From: Planctomycetota bacterium
Lineage (GTDB): Bacteria > Planctomycetota > Planctomycetia > Pirellulales > Lacipirellulaceae
Direction: 5' to 3'
Length of the DNA: 31,772 nt
NCBI GenBank assembly: GCA_039190745.1
Contig: JBCCXZ010000047.1
Coordinates: 1 to 31,772 of the forward strand
The translations under genes were made by a program, and so were the position numbers. Shown here piece after piece: positions 1 to 8,833 of this stretch. Each line of letters starts with the position of its first letter. The first letter of the stretch is position 1. The notes beneath the pieces were generated by a model that was not told the DNA's origin, ran no database searches, and saw only the letters and a program-made list of their open reading frames with translations.

Positions 1-1
1 C

Positions 2-58
2 TGCGAGGGGATCACCACCATCGAAGAGGTGCTCCGCGTCTCGAAGAAGACGGAGTAA
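2..58 (+). CDS. C-terminal fragment of a GspE/PilB-family assembly ATPase (5' truncated by window)
   Basis: Frame from base 2 reads CEGITTIEEVLRVSKKTE-stop. This is the G(I/V)TTxEEVxRV tail typical of GspE/PilB ATPases; compare GVTTAEEVIRE at the end of the 1500-3221 ORF. Confidence 0.75.
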   Translation, partial: CEGITTIEEVLRVSKKTE

Positions 59-340
59 TCCTCCTCCGGAACCGCCCAACCCGGCCCCAAACCGCCCCCG
101 CGATCGACACTATGTGCTTACTTACCTTGAGTTTATGCGTCCCCCTGCAAATACTGAGAAGGGAAGCGGGTCGAACCATCGGCGGGTGCTACTCCACCGC
201 CTCACCCGACCGAAGACCCTCCCGACAGGAACAGGTGAGCCGCCGCCGGAACAGCGGCTCAACGCACGAACCAACCCCGCCGCCGATCCGCGGTTAGTCA
301 ACCACCGCCGCGCGCGGCAACCGAGAACACGAGGGCCGCG

Positions 341-1447
341 ATGGGCACTATCCTGATCGACAAGCTCCTCTCGGCTCAGGTGAAACAGGGCGCCAGCGAC
401 CTGCACATCACCGTCGGCCAACCCCCCGTGCTCCGGCTCAGCGGCCGGATGCAGAAGCTCAAGACCAAGGTCCTCGAGCCGGCCGACACGATGGCGTTGA
501 TGAAGAGCATCACGCCCGACCGCTGCCAGCAAGAGTTTCAAGAAACCGGCAGCACCGACTTCGGCTTCGCATTCGGCGACCAGGCACGATTCCGCGTCTC
601 GGTCTTCCGGCAACGCGGCCACGTCGCACTCGTGCTGCGGCAGATCCCCGTCGAACTGCTGACGATGGATCAGCTCAAGCTGCCCTCGGTCTTCCGAGAC
701 CTGATCCTCCGCCCCCGCGGGCTGCTCCTCGTGACCGGCCCGACCGGCTCGGGCAAATCGACGTCGCTGGCGGCGATGATCGACTACATCAACTCGACGA
801 TCGACCACCACATTATCACGATCGAAGACCCGATCGAGTTCTACCACAACCACCGCAAGAGCACGGTGAACCAGCGCGAGGTCGGCACCGACGTCACCTC
901 CTTCGCCGAGGCCATCCGCCGCGCATTGCGCCAAGACCCCGACGTCATCCTCGTGGGCGAGCTCCGCGACCTCGAAACCATCGAGGCCGCCATCACCGCC
1001 GCCGAGACGGGTCACGTCGTCTTCGGCACGCTGCACACCTCCAGCGCGGCTGGCACGATCAACCGCATCATCGACGTTTTCCCGACCAATCAGCAGGACC
1101 AGATCCGCACCCAGCTCGCCACGGCGATCATCGGCATCCTCGCCCAGCAGCTGATCCCCAAGATCGGCGGCGGCCGCACCGCCGCGTTCGAGACGCTGGT
1201 CGTCACCCCCGGCATCTCGAACCTCATCCGCGAGAACAAGGTCTTCCGCATCACCTCGGCCATCCAGACCGGCTCTCGCCACGGCATGCAGCTCTTGGAC
1301 GACCACCTCTTCGAGCACTGGAAGAACGAGCTCTGCACCAAGGAAGACGTGCTCGGCAAGGCCAACAGCCCCGACGACCTCGCCAAGCGGATCGCCGCCG
1401 CCGAGCGAGGGGCCTTCGACGACAGCCCCGAAGATCAGGCCGACTGA
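341..1447 (+). CDS. pilT: Type IV pilus retraction ATPase PilT
   Basis: 368 aa. GASDLHI N-terminus, Walker A GPTGSGKS, TIEDPIE Asp box, ALRQDPDVILVGELRD Walker B region, GTLHT His box, and GISNLIRE matching the PilT AIRNLIRE motif. Confidence 0.95.
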   Translation: MGTILIDKLLSAQVKQGASDLHITVGQPPVLRLSGRMQKLKTKVLEPADTMALMKSITPDRCQQEFQETGSTDFGFAFGDQARFRVSVFRQRGHVALVLRQIPVELLTMDQLKLPSVFRDLILRPRGLLLVTGPTGSGKSTSLAAMIDYINSTIDHHIITIEDPIEFYHNHRKSTVNQREVGTDVTSFAEAIRRALRQDPDVILVGELRDLETIEAAITAAETGHVVFGTLHTSSAAGTINRIIDVFPTNQQDQIRTQLATAIIGILAQQLIPKIGGGRTAAFETLVVTPGISNLIRENKVFRITSAIQTGSRHGMQLLDDHLFEHWKNELCTKEDVLGKANSPDDLAKRIAAAERGAFDDSPEDQAD

Positions 1448-1499
1448 CCGCCGCCGCGACGCACCCGCAACCCGAACCGTCCCCACCTAGCTATCCACC

Positions 1500-3221
1500 A
1501 TGGCACTACGCCGCATCGGACAAGTCCTCGTCGACCTCGGCTACATCTCCGACGAGCAGCTCGAACTGCTCGTCGACGAGCAGCAGCAGCGCCCGGGCCA
1601 GCTCTTCGGCCAGGTAGCCATGGACATGGGCCTGATCAACGACGACCAGCTAGCCCAGGCGCTCGGCGAGCAGATGTCTCTGCGGACCGTCTCGGTCGGC
1701 GACCTCACCATTACCAACGACGTCATCGAGCGGGTCGCCGAGCCGATGGCACAGATGTACCGGATCATCCCCACCGAGTACGACGAGGGCGGCAACACCC
1801 TGACGGTCGCGATGTGCGACCCGCAGAACCTGAGCGTACAAGACGAACTCCGCACCTTCCTCGGCTACAACGTCAACGTCGTAGTCGCCACCGAGCCGGC
1901 CATCCTCAAGGCGCTCGAACGCTATTACGGCGAGAACACCGACAGCGTCGAGAGCATCGTCTCGGAAATGGAGGACGACAAGGCGCTCGCCGCGGCGGTC
2001 GCCGAGGCGGAGGGCGGCGCCGTCGACCTCACCAGCGTCGAGGCCCTCGCCGACAGCGCCCCGGTCCGCAAGCTGCTGAACATGGTGCTGCTGCTGGCGA
2101 TCAAAGACCACGCGAGCGACCTCCACTTCGAGCCGTTCGAGGACGAGTTCCGCATCCGCATCAAGGCCGACGGCGTCCTTTACGAGATGGTCCCCCCGCC
2201 CCGCCACCTCGCGTTCGCGATTACCACCCGCATCAAGGTGATGGCCGACCTCGACATCGCCGAACGCCGCCTGCCCCAGGACGGCCGCATCGAACTGCAC
2301 GTCGGCGGCCACCCGGTCGACCTCCGCGTGAGCGTCCTGCCCACCATGTTCGGCGAAAGCGTCGTCATGCGAGTGCTCGACCGCTCGGTCGTCTCGCTCG
2401 ACCTGAAGAACGTCGGCATGAACGACGCGACGATGGATATCTTCCGCGGCGCCATCGCCAAGCCCAACGGCATCGTCCTCGTGACCGGACCCACAGGCTC
2501 CGGCAAGACCACCACGCTCTACTCGGCGCTCAACGAGCTCAACAAGATCGAAGACAAGCTCATCACCACCGAGGACCCGGTCGAGTACGACATGGAGGGC
2601 ATCATCCAGGTGCCCATCGACAACTCCATCGGCAACACCTTCGCCGCCTGCCTCCGTGCGATCCTCCGGCAAGACCCCGACAAGATCCTCGTCGGCGAGA
2701 TCCGCGACCTCGAAACCGCCGAGATCGCCGTGCAGGCCTCGCTCACCGGCCACATGGTGTTCAGCACCCTGCACACCAACGACGCACCCAGCACGGTCAC
2801 CCGATTGAAAGACATGGGCGTCCCGGTCTTCCTGATCTCTGCCACGGTCGAGGCCATCCTCGCCCAACGCCTGGTGCGCCGCGTCTGCATGACCTGCCGC
2901 GAGGAGCACGTCCCCGGCCGCGAGATCCTCGAAGACCTCGACCTCACCACCGATGACATCAAAGGCAAGAAGTTCTATCGTGGAGCCGGCTGCGAGACCT
3001 GCAACAACACCGGCTACAAGGGCCGCGTCGGGTTGTTCGAACTGATGATCCTCAACAACGAGCTCCGTGACATGATCATGAAGAACGCCTCGACCGACGA
3101 CCTCCGAGACTGCGCCGAGAAGCACGGCATGGTCACCCTGCGTGCTGCTGGAATGCGGGCCGCCCTGGAAGGGGTCACCACCGCCGAGGAAGTCATCCGC
3201 GAGACCATCGTCGACGGCTAG
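1500..3221 (+). CDS. pilB: Type IV pilus assembly ATPase PilB/GspE with N-terminal MshEN domain
   Basis: 573 aa. ASDLHFEP, LDIAERRLPQDGRI, GPTGSGKTTTLY, LRQDPDKILVGEIRD, tetracysteine CMTC...CETC, GYKGR. N-terminal tandem RxG-like MshEN repeats. Confidence 0.93.
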   Translation: MALRRIGQVLVDLGYISDEQLELLVDEQQQRPGQLFGQVAMDMGLINDDQLAQALGEQMSLRTVSVGDLTITNDVIERVAEPMAQMYRIIPTEYDEGGNTLTVAMCDPQNLSVQDELRTFLGYNVNVVVATEPAILKALERYYGENTDSVESIVSEMEDDKALAAAVAEAEGGAVDLTSVEALADSAPVRKLLNMVLLLAIKDHASDLHFEPFEDEFRIRIKADGVLYEMVPPPRHLAFAITTRIKVMADLDIAERRLPQDGRIELHVGGHPVDLRVSVLPTMFGESVVMRVLDRSVVSLDLKNVGMNDATMDIFRGAIAKPNGIVLVTGPTGSGKTTTLYSALNELNKIEDKLITTEDPVEYDMEGIIQVPIDNSIGNTFAACLRAILRQDPDKILVGEIRDLETAEIAVQASLTGHMVFSTLHTNDAPSTVTRLKDMGVPVFLISATVEAILAQRLVRRVCMTCREEHVPGREILEDLDLTTDDIKGKKFYRGAGCETCNNTGYKGRVGLFELMILNNELRDMIMKNASTDDLRDCAEKHGMVTLRAAGMRAALEGVTTAEEVIRETIVDG

Positions 3222-3275
3222 CCACAGCCCGCGTCCCTCAAGGACCCCCTTCCCTCTAGGAACAGCAATACCGCT

Positions 3276-3296
3276 GCAGGAGGCCTCTCCGAGGCC
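3276..3296 (+). repeat. REP-like hairpin family A, degenerate copy
   Basis: GCAG-GA-GGCCTC-TCC-GAGGCC; same unit as at 19148 and 27649. Confidence 0.65.
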
Positions 3297-3448
3297 AGGA
3301 GCGCCCCGACCGCCAGCGACACGGCCAACCGGGCGAAAACGCCACATTCGGTGCACGAAACCCCAACCAGCGCGTAGAATAGGGCAGCCAGGCGCCAAGC
3401 CCTCCGGGCCGGCCCGCCGGCAGCCACCGCCAGCCATCCGGTAACGCC

Positions 3449-4780
3449 ATGCCGACTTTTCAATTCAAAGCGATGGACTCGACCGGCGCCGAGATCAAGG
3501 ACGTGATCGAGGCCGCCACCGAAGAAGACGCCCAAGCCACGATCCGGCAGATGGGCTACTTCGTCACGGACATCTCCGAGAAGAAAAACCGGAAGAAGGC
3601 CGAGGCCGGCCCCGGCGGCGGCAAGAAACGCGGCTTCGTCTTCGGCGGCGTCCGCTCGAAAGACCTCACCGCCTTTACCCGGCAGCTCTCCATCCTCCAG
3701 GACGCGGGCCTGCCGATCCTCCGCAGCCTCCGCATCCTCGGCGAGCAGGCCAAGCCAGGCCGGCTCAAGTACTCGCTCGAAGACACCTGCGAGGCCATCG
3801 AGAGCGGCGACACCCTCTCGGAGGCCATGGCCAAGAGCCCCAAGGCCTTCGACCGCCTCTACGTGAACATGATCAAGGCCGGCGAAGCGGGCGGCGCCCT
3901 GGAGATCATCCTCCAACGCTTGGCCGACTTCAAAGAACGCGCCGAGAGCCTCAAACGCAAGGTCAAGGGCGCCCTGATCTACCCGATCGTCGTCGTCTCG
4001 GTCGCCGTCGGCATCTTGACCTTCATCATGATCAAGATCGTCCCGAGCTTTCAGGAGATCTTCGCCGACTTCGAGCTCGAGCTGCCCGCCATGACCGTCG
4101 CCCTGATCGGCGTCTCCGAGTGGTGCGTCCAGTACTGGTACCTCATCCCCGGCATCCCGATCTCGATCTGGCTCACCATCAAGCTCATCCGCAAGTTCAA
4201 GCACGGCCGGATGGGCTGGGACCAATTCATCATCAAGGTGCCCATCTTCGGCGCGTTGATCGAAAAGAACATCATGGCCCGCACCTCGCGGACGCTCGGC
4301 ACGCTCATCTCCAGCGGCGTGCCGATCCTCGAGGCGCTCACCATCACGCGCGAGACCTGCGGCAACGGCGTCTTCGAGAAGCTCTACCTCAAAGTCAGCG
4401 AGCGCATCCGCGAGGGCGACGCGATCGCCCAGCCGATGAAGGAATACTCCGCGCTCTCCTTCCACCCCGTGGCCGCGTTTTTCTGGATCGCCTTCATCGG
4501 CGGCCCGATCGGCCTGTTGATCTACATGCTCAAGTACCGCCAGCGCGTGGTGGACGACATCGTCGTCAATATGGTCGACGTCGGCGAAGAAACCGGCGAG
4601 CTCGACACGATGCTCTACAAGGTGGCCGACACCTACGATGAAGAGGTGGCCGTGCTCACCGACAGCCTGACCAAACTGATGGAGCCGCTGCTGATCATCT
4701 TCCTCGGCGGAGCCGTCGGATTCATCGTCATCGCGTTGTTCCTCCCGCTCGTGGACCTGATCAACGGCCTGACGGGCTAA
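3449..4780 (+). CDS. pilC: Type IV pilus / T2SS inner-membrane platform protein PilC/GspF
   Basis: 443 aa. FTRQLSILQDAGLPILRSL, YVNMIKAGEAGGALE, ALIYP, LGTLISSGVPILEAL, VGEETGELD, LMEPLLIIFLGGAVGFIVIALFLP. Confidence 0.95.
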   Translation: MPTFQFKAMDSTGAEIKDVIEAATEEDAQATIRQMGYFVTDISEKKNRKKAEAGPGGGKKRGFVFGGVRSKDLTAFTRQLSILQDAGLPILRSLRILGEQAKPGRLKYSLEDTCEAIESGDTLSEAMAKSPKAFDRLYVNMIKAGEAGGALEIILQRLADFKERAESLKRKVKGALIYPIVVVSVAVGILTFIMIKIVPSFQEIFADFELELPAMTVALIGVSEWCVQYWYLIPGIPISIWLTIKLIRKFKHGRMGWDQFIIKVPIFGALIEKNIMARTSRTLGTLISSGVPILEALTITRETCGNGVFEKLYLKVSERIREGDAIAQPMKEYSALSFHPVAAFFWIAFIGGPIGLLIYMLKYRQRVVDDIVVNMVDVGEETGELDTMLYKVADTYDEEVAVLTDSLTKLMEPLLIIFLGGAVGFIVIALFLPLVDLINGLTG

Positions 4781-4786
4781 GTCCAT

Positions 4787-4814
4787 TGCGGAGTGCGGAT
4801 TGCGGAATGCAGAT
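4787..4814 (+). repeat. Tandem heptamer array (TGCGGAN)x4
   Basis: TGCGGAG TGCGGAT TGCGGAA TGCAGAT; the reverse-complement array lies at 6289-6316. Confidence 0.8.
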
Positions 4815-5131
4815 TGTGCCGAGGCAGGCCCGGTCCCAGAGGCGTCTCACCCTCCCGTCAGCAACGGACTACTGACAAAGGACCGGGGACCCCGCTGTGC
4901 AATCTCGCAACACCCGCGAGGCGGGATTCCGGCCCAAATAGGCCCCAACCCAGCCGTTGCGGTTCGTCCCGATCCCCCGGGCCACAGACGCACAACTACT
5001 TTTCCGAAAGGGCTTTAGCGACCAGAATAGCCCCAGCCGGGCGAGCCCTGCCGGGCCGCCGCGTACCTTGCGCACGCCATTTGCTCCTGTAATTCGACAT
5101 ACAGACCCCGTTCCCGCGAGGGAGGACCGTT

Positions 5132-6220
5132 ATGCAATCGAACCAAAATGAGACGAGACCGCTCCGCCAAGGCTTCACGCTGGTCGAGCTGCTGGTGGTG
5201 ATCACCATCATCGGCGTCCTCGCCGCCCTCGGCACCGCCGCCGCTTTGAACGCATTCGGCCGCGGGAAACAGGTCCGCGTCACGCTGGAGATGCAGCAGC
5301 TGGCCAACGCGATCGAGCAGCTCAAGAACGAATACGGCGCCTACCCGCCGAACGTGTTCCCTAACGACACCGCGGATAATCCGTTGCCGCTCACGGCGGT
5401 GGAGCAGGCACGCAACGCGAACAATGTTCTGCTGATAATGAAGAAGGCCGCCCCCCGCAGCACTGAGTTCAACACCAGCGGGAACCAGGTGCAGGACAAC
5501 ATCACGACCATCTCTTTCAACGGCCTCTCGCCGGCCGAAGCGCTGGTGTTCTGGCTGCAGGGTTTCAGCAGCGACCCCCAGCGGCCGCTAACCGGAACCG
5601 ACCTGCAAGCAACCACGATCGACGATAACGGCACGAACGTGAATGGAGTGCTGACCATCGACTCGTTCACGCCCAGTTTCGAGTTCGACGAGACGCGACT
5701 CCGACTTTCGCGAAATGAATCCACAGGAGAACGCCGTTTCTTGACGGTCCACCGAGAGGATGGCTCCGCTAACGGGATTGAACTGCAGATCCAGCTTTAT
5801 GAGTATCTGGCCCCGGGCACAGACGAGCCCTACGTCTACTTCGACACCTCACGCGAAACGCCCCAACAAGTCCTTAACAACTGGGCGACCACCGAGTTCT
5901 TCTACTCGGAGCCGAACTCAGGCGGGGTCATCTTCCCATTGAAGAAGCTCAAGGAGAACGCACCGACTACACTCCCGTCGCCTCAGATTCAGTTTGTCGA
6001 GTACGTTAACCAAGGCAAGTTCCAACTCCTTCACAGCGGTCTGGACAACGCCTGGGGTAACTTTGGTTTCGCGTCGGACGGCGGAGTCGACGGCCGCCTG
6101 ACGATGGACAACGCCGATCTCGTCCCGGCGCTGCTCTACCCGGACGGCCCCTTCCTCGGCGACATCGCCGACACTCTCGGCCACTTCTACGGCGGCGAAC
6201 TCGCCGACGAGAGCGAATGA
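5132..6220 (+). CDS. Large prepilin-type (GspG-like) protein 1
   Basis: 362 aa with a GGAGG RBS upstream. RQG|FTLVELLVVITIIGVLAAL class III signal with Glu5, followed by LANAIEQLKNEYGAYPP and a C-terminal FQLLHSGLDNAWG (GspG-like). Confidence 0.9.
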   Translation: MQSNQNETRPLRQGFTLVELLVVITIIGVLAALGTAAALNAFGRGKQVRVTLEMQQLANAIEQLKNEYGAYPPNVFPNDTADNPLPLTAVEQARNANNVLLIMKKAAPRSTEFNTSGNQVQDNITTISFNGLSPAEALVFWLQGFSSDPQRPLTGTDLQATTIDDNGTNVNGVLTIDSFTPSFEFDETRLRLSRNESTGERRFLTVHREDGSANGIELQIQLYEYLAPGTDEPYVYFDTSRETPQQVLNNWATTEFFYSEPNSGGVIFPLKKLKENAPTTLPSPQIQFVEYVNQGKFQLLHSGLDNAWGNFGFASDGGVDGRLTMDNADLVPALLYPDGPFLGDIADTLGHFYGGELADESE

Positions 6221-7443
6221 TCACCCACAACGACAACCCGATCGCCGCCCCCGCGCAGCCCCTCCGTGGCCGCCGCGTCGCGGACGAACTCCGCAATCCG
6301 CAATCCGCAGCCCGCAATAGGCGTCACGCAGTGACGCTGGTCGAGCTGCTGATCACGATGGCGATCCTCTCGATCCTCGCCGCCGCATTCCTCGGCGCCC
6401 AGAACGCCGCCCTCGAGGCCTCCCGCCGCGCCCGCACGAAGACCACCATCGCTAAGATCCACACACTGCTGATGGAGAAGTGGAGTGACTACAAGACGGC
6501 GCGTTTAGATTTACAGTTCGTCACTTTGCCGCCCTCAGCCACATCGGTCCCCGGCCATGTTCGAGCCGACATAATGCTTGACGCTCTGCGGATGACTCAA
6601 AAACTTGAGATGCCGGACCGGTGGAGTGACATACTTGGAGACGTAAATGAAACGGGCCGCCCCGTGAATCTTGCTGCTCCGCGGTCTGCCGCTTTAGAAG
6701 GTGCGACCGGCCTCTTGCGGCGTCCTCTATTCAAGCAGATTGCACGAACAGACCTCACGCCGGGAGGGTTAGGGCCTTATGTTGCGCAGTTGAACTACCC
6801 GGACCTCACGCGAACCTACCTTCGCCGCTACAACGAAATCAAAGCAGACGCCGATCTAGAGACGATCGAGCGATTCCAGGGCGCGGAGTGTCTGTACCTG
6901 ATCATTATGAATGGCACTGGCGACGGTGAAGCGCGTTCACTGTTCGGTCAGCGAGACATCGGGGACACCGATGGTGACGGCGCTCTCGAATTCCTCGACG
7001 GATGGGGCCGACCAATCCGCTACATCCGCTGGCCGGCGGGTTTCTTTCCAAGCGAACTCATGTCGATCGACCTAGACCTGGGGCCACCCCCAGTTATCAC
7101 CGGTGATTTTGATACAGACCACGACCCATTCGATTACTTTCGACGTGATCTACCAGTCACCAGCGGGATTGTTGCGACGACGAGCTTGGTAGTCCCCAAT
7201 CCCATCCTCGGATCCCCTGGTTTTCTGTTTGACGAACGAGGCGCCTACCGCCTGCTGCCCTTAGTTTATTCTGTTGGTCCTGACGGCGATGATGATGTCT
7301 TCACCTCGGCGGGAGACGTGACAGAAATAGATCCCTATGCATCGATCTACGGGGACAACATGTTGCTCATCGGCGCTCCCGGTGACGACGAAGGTGGTGA
7401 GTTTGGCTACCTCGACAACATCTACAACCACCAAATCGACTGA
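6217..7443 (+). CDS. Large prepilin-type (GspG-like) protein 2
   Basis: 408 aa, ATGA overlap with the upstream gene. RHA|VTLVELLITMAILSILAAAF, FLDGWGRPIRY (DxWG motif), LVYSVGPDG, terminal DNIYNHQID, and DTDGDGALE Ca-loop-like motif. Confidence 0.88.
   Translation: MITHNDNPIAAPAQPLRGRRVADELRNPQSAARNRRHAVTLVELLITMAILSILAAAFLGAQNAALEASRRARTKTTIAKIHTLLMEKWSDYKTARLDLQFVTLPPSATSVPGHVRADIMLDALRMTQKLEMPDRWSDILGDVNETGRPVNLAAPRSAALEGATGLLRRPLFKQIARTDLTPGGLGPYVAQLNYPDLTRTYLRRYNEIKADADLETIERFQGAECLYLIIMNGTGDGEARSLFGQRDIGDTDGDGALEFLDGWGRPIRYIRWPAGFFPSELMSIDLDLGPPPVITGDFDTDHDPFDYFRRDLPVTSGIVATTSLVVPNPILGSPGFLFDERGAYRLLPLVYSVGPDGDDDVFTSAGDVTEIDPYASIYGDNMLLIGAPGDDEGGEFGYLDNIYNHQID
6289..6316 (-). repeat. 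Tandem heptamer array (NTCCGCA)x4 inside the prepilin leader
   Basis: CTCCGCA ATCCGCA ATCCGCA GCCCGCA, translated as LRNPQSAAR; inverse of 4787-4814. Confidence 0.8.
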
Positions 7444-7450
7444 AGAATCT

Positions 7451-7547
7451 AAGTTGGAAGATCTAAGATTGAAGATCGGAGAAGCGCTGCGACCGGCAGG
7501 GTCGGGGTGCGCTCGTTCCCGATCTGCAATCTACAATCTTCGATCTC
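7451..7547. repeat. Inverted pair of tandem heptamer arrays (AAGATYN / CRATCTN)
   Basis: AAGTTGG AAGATCT AAGATTG AAGATCG at 7451-7478 and CGATCTG CAATCTA CAATCTT CGATCTC at 7520-7547. Confidence 0.75.
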
Positions 7548-7549
7548 CG

Positions 7550-8827
7550 ATGCCCCGCCAGGGGCTCACGCTCATCGAGCTCTTGGTTGTCGTCGCGATC
7601 CTCACCACGCTCGTCGCGGGGGTGATCCCCGTCCTCTCGCCGAACAACGACGCCCGCAAGATCCGCGAGACCACCCGCGGCCTGCGGACACTGCTCATGT
7701 CGGCCCAGGCCGAAGCCGCCCGCATAGGCCGCCCCCACGGCATCGGCTTCACCGAGTCGACCCCCGGCAGCGGCGTCGCCATCGAGGCGTTTCACGTAGA
7801 AGTCCCGCCGGCATTTGCGGGGTTCAGCCCCGACTCGCGTGTGACAGTCGATCCGGTGCCCGATGCTCCGTTTCTATACGGTCCCACCGCAGATGTTGCC
7901 GGAGGCAACGACAGAGACCGATTTTCTCCCACAGAAAATGGGTCCGCGTTGGTGCGGGTCCGGTTCGTGACGCAAGCACTTAACCCAGACCCTCTCCCCC
8001 CCCGTACGTTCCGAGTTGGGGATGTCATAGAGGTCCGTGGCAATCGCTATCTGATCGTCGACGACGCTCGCAACCAGGAGTTCTTCTTCGGAGGTGGAAC
8101 CGGTTATCTCGATCCGTCCGCGCACGCCAATCCCTATGACAACGCGGTCGTCTGCGTCTGGCTGAACAACAACGGACAGGTCTTTCTGTCAGCAAATCCG
8201 ACTACAGGCACCCTGCAGCCCCATCGATACACCATATCGCGTCAGCCCGAGAACGCCGCGGACCCGCCGTTCCAGCTCGTCTCCGGCGTCGCCATCGACC
8301 TGCAGGCCTCCGGCGTCGAAGGCGGCACAGGTACGGTCGATCCGGCCGTCGACATTGCGGACTCGTTCCACAGCAGCATCGAGAACGCCAACGGCATACC
8401 GAACACCGTGATGATCCTCTTCCAGCCGGAGGGGAACGTAGAGTCCGTCTACTTCAATGGCCGGCCCGTCGACGGCGTCTCGCAGATCATGCTCTGCGTC
8501 GGCCGTGTCGAGTTGGGCGGTATCCAAAATGTGCTGACCGACGGCGCGACTCAGTACCAACTGAGCACTGCCGGAACCGCCGACGAGTTGCGACAGGTGC
8601 AGTCTCAAGTCAACTGGCTCGCCCCCGACTCCCGCTGGGTCGCCATCCTCCCCCGACTGGGCAGCTACCGAACGGTCGAGAACAACTTCGTCGACGCCGC
8701 CAAGGTCCGCGCGACATCGGTCGCCTTTGGGGTTCAAAACGTCGACTCCGATTCCGCATTCCAGCAGATCATCACAGCAAGAGAGTTCGCACGCGACGGG
8801 GCATCCAGCGCAGGCAGCGGAGGCTAA
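7550..8827 (+). CDS. Large prepilin-type protein 3 (GspH/FimT-like)
   Basis: Start placed at ATG 7550, giving MPRQG|LTLIELLVVVAILTTLVAGVIP; an upstream TTG is possible. LMSAQAEAARIGRPHGIGF resembles the GspH/FimT helix-strand segment, and ILFQPEG resembles the FxxxG motif. Confidence 0.85.
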   Translation: MPRQGLTLIELLVVVAILTTLVAGVIPVLSPNNDARKIRETTRGLRTLLMSAQAEAARIGRPHGIGFTESTPGSGVAIEAFHVEVPPAFAGFSPDSRVTVDPVPDAPFLYGPTADVAGGNDRDRFSPTENGSALVRVRFVTQALNPDPLPPRTFRVGDVIEVRGNRYLIVDDARNQEFFFGGGTGYLDPSAHANPYDNAVVCVWLNNNGQVFLSANPTTGTLQPHRYTISRQPENAADPPFQLVSGVAIDLQASGVEGGTGTVDPAVDIADSFHSSIENANGIPNTVMILFQPEGNVESVYFNGRPVDGVSQIMLCVGRVELGGIQNVLTDGATQYQLSTAGTADELRQVQSQVNWLAPDSRWVAILPRLGSYRTVENNFVDAAKVRATSVAFGVQNVDSDSAFQQIITAREFARDGASSAGSGG

Positions 8828-8833
8828 CCCATC

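Noticed and set aside
3300..3448. Possible c-di-GMP riboswitch upstream of pilC or of the pilins (also 4900-5100)
   Set aside because: No GGCAAA-P2-GNRA / GACGCAAAGC core of the class I riboswitch could be found.
122..4786. Long minus-strand ORFs (122-1486, 1650-3437, 3218-4786), and similarly 8189-10513, 17871-19268 and 25125-26321
   Set aside because: They are antisense shadows of well-supported high-GC genes, lack family motifs and are expected from codon bias.
5070..5085. Sigma-54-like site GCGCACGCCATTTGCT about 46 bp upstream of pilin 1
   Set aside because: Spacing, GCACG and TTGCT match, and pilin genes are often sigma-54 driven. However, the invariant -24 GG reads CG, so it is not called without TSS data.
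7337..7549. N-terminal extension of pilin 3 in the ORF track
   Set aside because: It overlaps pilin 2 out of frame and runs through repeat DNA; the prepilin motif begins right after ATG 7550.
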